Shown: in pieces, positions 53,040 to 57,783 of the stretch
How the letters are laid out: every line of letters starts with the position of its first letter
How positions within the stretch are numbered: position 1 is the first letter of the stretch
NCBI GenBank assembly: GCA_046758865.1
Contig: JBHIBD010000004.1
Location: forward strand, 1-57,783
Origin: Candidatus Brocadiales bacterium
Lineage (GTDB): Bacteria; Planctomycetota; Brocadiia; Brocadiales; Bathyanammoxibiaceae
DNA: 57,783 nucleotides
Reading direction: 5' to 3'
Translations under genes and position numbers: made by a program
The notes under the pieces: model-generated
Database searches by the model: none
Told to the model about the DNA's origin: nothing
The model's input: only the letters and a program-made list of their open reading frames with translations

Positions 53040-54770
53040 ATGGAAAAAAGATGGACACATCAGCTTCTCGACAAAGAGCTTCAGGGCCGTCTTGCCTCCA
53101 GCCTACATATCTCACCACTCCTGGCACGACTGTTGATCAACCGAGGGATAAACGACCCTGACTCTGCCCACGCCTTTCTCCAACCAAAGATGACATACCT
53201 CTCAAACCCCATCGAACACCCAGAAATGGAAAAGGCCGCCAGACGGCTGGCAAAGGCAGTAAAAACTGGTGAGAGAATAGCCATATACGGCGATTACGAT
53301 GTAGATGGCGTAACAAGCACTGCACTCCTTCTGCAGTTTTTTAATCTCGTCAAGGCGAACATAACCTGGTACATACCTCAGAGGATAGATGAAGGTTACG
53401 GGCTGAACCAAGAGGCTATAGAGAGACTGGCGATGGATGGTGTAAAAGTAATAGTTACTGTAGACTGTGGTATTACATCCATAAGGGAAGCCGATATACT
53501 CAAGGCTAAGGGCATAGACCTTATAATTACTGACCACCACGAACCAGGAAGCCACCTTCCCGAGGCCCTAGCCATAATAAACCCGAAACTACCTGACTCT
53601 GGCTATACATTTCGGGAGTTTTCAGGGGCAGGACTTGCGTTTAAGTTGTGCTGGGCCCTGGCAAAGGTATTTTCAACGCAGAAAAGGGTAACACCACAGT
53701 TCAGGGCATTTTTACTGGAGGACGCCATGGGGTTAGCGGCCCTTGGCACCATAGCGGACTCAGTCCCCCTGATGGGTGAAAACCGCATCCTAGCCAAGTA
53801 CGGTCTGGAATCCCTGAACAAATCTACGCACCCGGGAATCCGAGCACTTAAAGAGGTCTCAGACCTGGCCCGCCCCACCCTTAGTCACAGGGATATAGAA
53901 TTTAGACTGGGCCCTAGACTAAACGCAGCAGGAAGACTCTGGACTGCAGCTTTTAGTCTAGAACTATTAACCACACAGCACCCGGATAAGGCGAAAAGAC
54001 TTGCCAAGCATCTCGAAGATTATAACCGTAAGAGACAAAAGATTCAGGCTGAGATACTAGATTCTACCAAAGAGAAGATCGAAAAAGAGGTAGACCTTGA
54101 TTCAACCTGGGTTTTTGTCCTGGCCAGTGAGTCGTGGCACCCAGGGGTAGTTGGAATCGTTGCTTCCCGGCTGGTAGAGGAATTTCACAGACCAACGATT
54201 ATAATAGCCATACACGGTAGCGAGGGACATGGCTCAGCCCGTTCAGTGCCGGGATTTCACCTACCAGCAGCGCTGGAGGCATCCAGGAGTAAACTTATAT
54301 CATTCGGTGGACATTCCCAAGCCGCCGGCCTCAAAATAAAGAAAGAAGACGTAGATGACTTTAGACACTTGATAAATCAGTTTGCCTCTGCTGGTCTGAG
54401 GAAAGAAGACCTTCAGCCCACGCTTCACACAGACGGTGAGCTGCCACTAAAGGATATCTCCATCCCACAGGTGCAAGAACTGAAACACCTTGTACCACAC
54501 GGAGAGGGCAATCCAGAACCACTTTTTGTTGCGGGTGGGCTGCAGGTCGCTGGCCAACCGTACAGGGTGGGAGGCCAATCAGGGCGACACCTCAGCCTCT
54601 ACCTGTGCCAGGAGGACGTCTCCTTCAGGGCCATAGCCTACGGTATGGGGGATATGCTTCCACGAATAGAACAACATTCTGGACCAATATCTGTTGCCTT
54701 CGTACCTAGAATCTCTTATTGGAGAGACGAGGCTATAGAGCTTGATGTAAAAGCTATACGGTTTGATTAA
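53040..54770 (+). CDS. recJ: single-stranded-DNA-specific exonuclease RecJ
   Basis: DHH motifs IYGDYDVDGVTS, VDCG, ITDHH, plus DHHA1 GGHSQAAG. Confidence 0.95.
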   Translation: MEKRWTHQLLDKELQGRLASSLHISPLLARLLINRGINDPDSAHAFLQPKMTYLSNPIEHPEMEKAARRLAKAVKTGERIAIYGDYDVDGVTSTALLLQFFNLVKANITWYIPQRIDEGYGLNQEAIERLAMDGVKVIVTVDCGITSIREADILKAKGIDLIITDHHEPGSHLPEALAIINPKLPDSGYTFREFSGAGLAFKLCWALAKVFSTQKRVTPQFRAFLLEDAMGLAALGTIADSVPLMGENRILAKYGLESLNKSTHPGIRALKEVSDLARPTLSHRDIEFRLGPRLNAAGRLWTAAFSLELLTTQHPDKAKRLAKHLEDYNRKRQKIQAEILDSTKEKIEKEVDLDSTWVFVLASESWHPGVVGIVASRLVEEFHRPTIIIAIHGSEGHGSARSVPGFHLPAALEASRSKLISFGGHSQAAGLKIKKEDVDDFRHLINQFASAGLRKEDLQPTLHTDGELPLKDISIPQVQELKHLVPHGEGNPEPLFVAGGLQVAGQPYRVGGQSGRHLSLYLCQEDVSFRAIAYGMGDMLPRIEQHSGPISVAFVPRISYWRDEAIELDVKAIRFD

Positions 54771-54790
54771 ATCAGGAAAGGGGTGGAAAC

Positions 54791-55261
54791 ATGACCATCG
54801 CACGAAAATTGAAGGAATACCTGGACGAGAACAAGGTGCCGTATAAGGTGGCTACACATCAGGAGGTATATACTGCTCAGGAGGTGGCTGCAAGCCTACA
54901 TGTCCCGGGCAAGAACCTCGTAAAAGTGGTAATAATAAAGACCAAAGATAAGTATGTCATGGCAGTGCTATCAGCCGACCGTAAGGTAAACGTCGAGAAG
55001 GTACGGGCGCTGCTACACGACCCGGAGGCTAGACTCGCAACAGAGGGGGAATTCAAGAACCTGTTTCCAGACTGTGATGTGGGGGCCATGCCACCCTTCG
55101 GAAATCTGTACAACACAGGGGTATACGTAGACAAATCCCTTGCAGAGGACGAGGAGATAGTCTTCCAGGCAGGCAGCCACGTTGAGACCCTAGAGATGAA
55201 GTACAAGGACTTTGATCGACTGGTCGGACCAGAAGTGGTTGATTTCGGACAACATCTATAG
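54791..55261 (+). CDS. YbaK/EbsC-type aminoacyl-tRNA editing-domain protein
   Basis: 156 aa: ...VATHQEVYTAQEVAASLHVPGKNLVKVVIIKT...VGAMPPFG..., fitting the YbaK/ProX deacylase fold pattern. Confidence 0.7.
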   Translation: MTIARKLKEYLDENKVPYKVATHQEVYTAQEVAASLHVPGKNLVKVVIIKTKDKYVMAVLSADRKVNVEKVRALLHDPEARLATEGEFKNLFPDCDVGAMPPFGNLYNTGVYVDKSLAEDEEIVFQAGSHVETLEMKYKDFDRLVGPEVVDFGQHL

Positions 55262-55273
55262 GAGAAAATCCTT

Positions 55274-56320
55274 ATGGCAGAAAAAAAACGCCTGACGGAT
55301 TACGCCACCTGCGGGGGCTGAGCAGGCAAGGTACCCATGGAATGCATGGCAGGTGTGCTGGCTGGTTTACCGGAATTTCCCGATGGCAACCTCCTTGTAG
55401 GACCAAAGACCTTTGACGACGCCGGGGTATTCCAGGTTAACGACCAACTAGCACTGGTGCAGACCCTTGATTTCTTCACGCCCATAGTGGATGACCCCTA
55501 CGACTATGGCCAGATAGCCGCCGCTAATGCCCTCAGTGATGTATATGCCATGGGAGGGATGCCTCTCACGGCGATGAACATTCTCACCTTCCCCACAAGG
55601 GAGGTTGACACTCATACCATCACACAGATACTAAAAGGCGGGGCAGATAAGGTTCATGAGGCGGGTGCTGTAATCGTTGGAGGTCACACCCTACAGGATT
55701 CAGAGATAAAGTACGGCCTTTCTGTCACTGGCCTTGTTCATCCTAAGAGGGTGATTAAGAACTCGGAAATAAGGCCGGACGATGCAATCATACTGACAAA
55801 ACCTCTAGGGGGCGGACTTATTATCTCGGCCCTAAAGGCCGGTGAGGCCCGAGAAAAAGAGGTGGCCGCGATGATTGCCGTGATGAAGACCCTTAACAGG
55901 GCCGCCTCCGAGGTGATGATTGAGCTGGGTGTGAGTGCCTGCACCGACATCACCGGGTTTGGCTTTCTGGGCCATGCCTATGAGATGGCCCTGATGAGCA
56001 AGGTAACACTGTCATTCTCAGCCCGGAAGATACCCTTCCTGCCAGGCTCCCTGCGACATGCAAAGATGGGGCTGATGCCGGGTGCATCGGTACTTAACAA
56101 GGGATACCTCTCAGGCAACATCAAAGTAGAGGGTGGCGTCTCGGAAGACCTCCTTGAGGTACTCTTTGATGCCCAGACCTCGGGCGGGCTTTTGGTGGCC
56201 CTCCCTGGGGATAAGGCAGACTCCTTCCTAAAAAGACTTGACGAAAAAGGTGTTAGAGGTGCCGCCATCGTTGGGAAGACACTCGAAATGGAGCAGCTTC
56301 CGCTAAAAGTAAAACCTTGA
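55274..56320 (+). CDS. selD: selenide, water dikinase (selenophosphate synthetase), selenocysteine-containing
   Basis: ATG 55274 (GGAG upstream) reads MAEKKRLTDYATCGG-TGA-AGKVP..., in frame with ORF 55337-56320. The TGA at 55319-55321 aligns with catalytic Cys17 of the E. coli SelD motif GCGCK (here G-U-A-G-K). Downstream are PurM-like AIRS blocks (DDAGV, DFFTP, GGHT). Confidence 0.85.
55322..55362 (+). other. candidate bacterial SECIS hairpin immediately 3' of the selD UGA
   Basis: Base gcaggc/gctggc (55322-55327/55357-55362, one mismatch). Middle tac/ggt(g). Apical stem ccatg/catgg (55335-55339/55345-55349) with loop ggaatg-type GAAUG. The upper stem begins 10 nt after the UGA. Confidence 0.5.
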
Positions 56321-56388
56321 TGGCATGGAAGATGCTTCTATAGTCTTGCGTGAAAATGCTATACATCTAGTTCCGTAAAAACACCTCT

Positions 56389-57138
56389 ATGCAAAATGAA
56401 TTCAAGGCACTACCTCCCCTTATAGCACTCCTGTGCCTACTCGCCTGCCTAGAAACAGAAACGGCCTGCGGACTCAAGGAAGACCTAAGAGGTTATGATG
56501 ACGAGATTTACACGCAGGAACGGGCCAGGATGGTGGAGAAACAAATCAAGGCCAGGGGTGTTAAAGACGCACGAGTGATTGAGGCCATGCTGTCTGTACC
56601 GAGGCATCTATTTGTCCCCGAACGCCAGAGGATACACAGTTACGAAGATAGGCCCCTGCCCATAGGCTCCGGACAGACCATCTCCCAGCCCTATATAGTT
56701 GCCTTCATGACAGAACTCCTTGAACTGGACGAAGACGATACCGTGTTAGAGGTGGGCACAGGCTCGGGCTATCAGGCAGCCGTCCTCGCCGAGATTGTAA
56801 AAAAGGTCTTCACAATAGAAATAAAGGAGCGGTTAGGACTACTTGCCAAAGAGAGACTCAAGTCGATGGGCTACGCAAATATAGACGTACACATTGGCGA
56901 CGGTTATAACGGGCTTCCCGACGAGGCCCCATTCAACGCTATTATTGTCACCGCCGCTGCCGCCCATATCCCCGAACCCCTTATCAAACAATTAAGGCCA
57001 GGGGGGCGGATGGTCATTCCAGTGGGCAGACCCTATGGGCACCAGAGTTTGGTCATTGTAACAAAAAAAGAAGACGGCGAAATACGGAAGGAAATAACAC
57101 TCCCAGTGCTCTTTGTACCACTGCTGAGGGAGAGGTAA
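56389..57138 (+). CDS. pcm: protein-L-isoaspartate O-methyltransferase with N-terminal signal or lipobox-like segment
   Basis: TISQPYIVA, SAM motif VLEVGTGSGYQAAVLAE, GGRMVIPVG. N-terminus LIALLCLLACLE. Confidence 0.9.
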   Translation: MQNEFKALPPLIALLCLLACLETETACGLKEDLRGYDDEIYTQERARMVEKQIKARGVKDARVIEAMLSVPRHLFVPERQRIHSYEDRPLPIGSGQTISQPYIVAFMTELLELDEDDTVLEVGTGSGYQAAVLAEIVKKVFTIEIKERLGLLAKERLKSMGYANIDVHIGDGYNGLPDEAPFNAIIVTAAAAHIPEPLIKQLRPGGRMVIPVGRPYGHQSLVIVTKKEDGEIRKEITLPVLFVPLLRER

Positions 57139-57190
57139 TTTAGTTCACTTCAGGTGCAAAATAGCATAATGAGGGCTCTGGAAAAAGGTT

Positions 57191-57402
57191 GTCATACCCT
57201 GGTGTCATTGCGAGCGAAGCGAAGCAATCTCTTAAACACACATGAGATTGCTTCGTCGCTTTCTCTCCTCGCAATGACGGCTCTGTCTGGTATTTACATC
57301 GGTTTCGTGGTATATGTCATTCCGCACTTGATGCGGAATCTATGGATTCCCGCTTTAGCGGGAATGACATAGACCCTGTAGCGTCCGATCTCCGTATCGG
57401 AC
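57191..57402. repeat. mosaic array 10 of palindromic modules
   Basis: A module gtcattgcgag...ctcgcaatgac 57204-57278 with inner cgaagcaatctc/gagattgcttcg 57220-57255. Double-hairpin module gtcattcc...ggaatgac 57316-57368. GTAG-headed D hairpin tgtagcgtccgat-ctccgt-atcggac 57377-57402. Confidence 0.85.
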
Positions 57403-57457
57403 AACTCAAGAAAGACACCCAGGGCCTTTTTCAGAGGTCTCAAACGTTACAAACACG

Positions 57458-57783
57458 ATGAAAGCGCGTTTAGGATGTTCTATCCAACTAACGATTATTC
57501 TTTTTTGGGCTACCTCCCTGCCCTCTTGCGTCCAGTATGAAATCCCTAAAGGTGTCAGTGGCCCCGCCTTCGTAGAGGTGAGTCCTTTTTCAATTACCGC
57601 TGGCAGCGGAGAGGTTCATACCATCTGGGTCACCGTACTAGATGGTGCCCGGAATCCAGTTCCTAACGTACTTGTCCGCGCTAGGAGTGACACGCCAAGC
57701 CGCGTATTGATAACACCAGAGAGCTTATTGACCGATGAGGAAGGAAAGGCCGTTTTCACCGCAAATGCGGTCAGTCACTTCCC
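57458..57783 (+). CDS. lipoprotein with bacterial Ig-like (Big_1/invasin-type) domain, 3' end outside the window
   Basis: ATG 57458: MKARLGCSIQLTIILFWATSLPSC (lipobox), then VSPFSITAGSGEVHTIWVTVLDGARNPVPNVLVRARSD...LTDEEGKAVFT, typical of Big_1 repeats. Open to the window end, so absent from the ORF track. Confidence 0.55.
   Translation, partial: MKARLGCSIQLTIILFWATSLPSCVQYEIPKGVSGPAFVEVSPFSITAGSGEVHTIWVTVLDGARNPVPNVLVRARSDTPSRVLITPESLLTDEEGKAVFTANAVSHF

Noticed and set aside
57154-57372. ORF 57154-57372(+), 72 aa
   Set aside because: It is composed of A-type and gtcattcc-type palindromic modules (SLRAKRSNL..EIASSLSLLAMT..IPALAGMT), so it is a translation artefact of repeats.

Overview
57.8-kb chromosomal segment from a diderm (Gram-negative-type) bacterium. 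I cannot place it taxonomically from sequence alone. I support about 56 protein-coding genes, 2 tRNAs (Gly-CCC, Pro-GGG) and 2 gene remnants. I found no rRNA, CRISPR array, transposase, integrase or phage genes.

Most of the window is housekeeping:
- Dispersed purine-biosynthesis genes: purC, purF-purM, and a purS-purS-purL fusion followed by fhs and purQ.
- ftsH, GTP-dependent PEP carboxykinase, nth, recJ, rsgA, ispD, ridA, tyrA, pcm.
- Two futalosine-pathway-type menaquinone genes.
- A NuoE/NuoF-like flavoprotein pair.
- Envelope genes: a porin fragment, two PagL-like barrels, an NlpD-like lipoprotein and TPR lipoproteins.

Four things stand out:
1. At least ten intergenic gaps are filled with mosaics built from a small set of nested palindromic modules. 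Many start with GTAG, as REP/BIME elements do. They generate spurious ORFs, and one copy sits inside the N-terminal coding region of a radical SAM gene.
2. selD is a selenoprotein gene. It has an in-frame TGA at 55319-55321 at the catalytic-Cys position, followed by a SECIS-like hairpin. The ORF track truncates its N-terminus.
3. A minus-strand accessory cluster at about 15.2-21.1 kb repeats a two-gene unit, an ArsB/NhaD-type permease followed by a small poly-acidic protein. It also holds a secreted Cys-rich metallothionein-like protein with a decayed tandem copy, a receiver domain lacking the phospho-acceptor Asp, and a GNAT. I do not recognise this as a described system, and it is my best candidate for something new.
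4. Unusual architectures: an NnrS-like membrane protein with three DUF1858-like domains, and an orphan NuoEF-like module translationally coupled to a Cys-bearing P-loop protein.

All functional calls rest on motifs read by eye. No database search or fold computation was possible.
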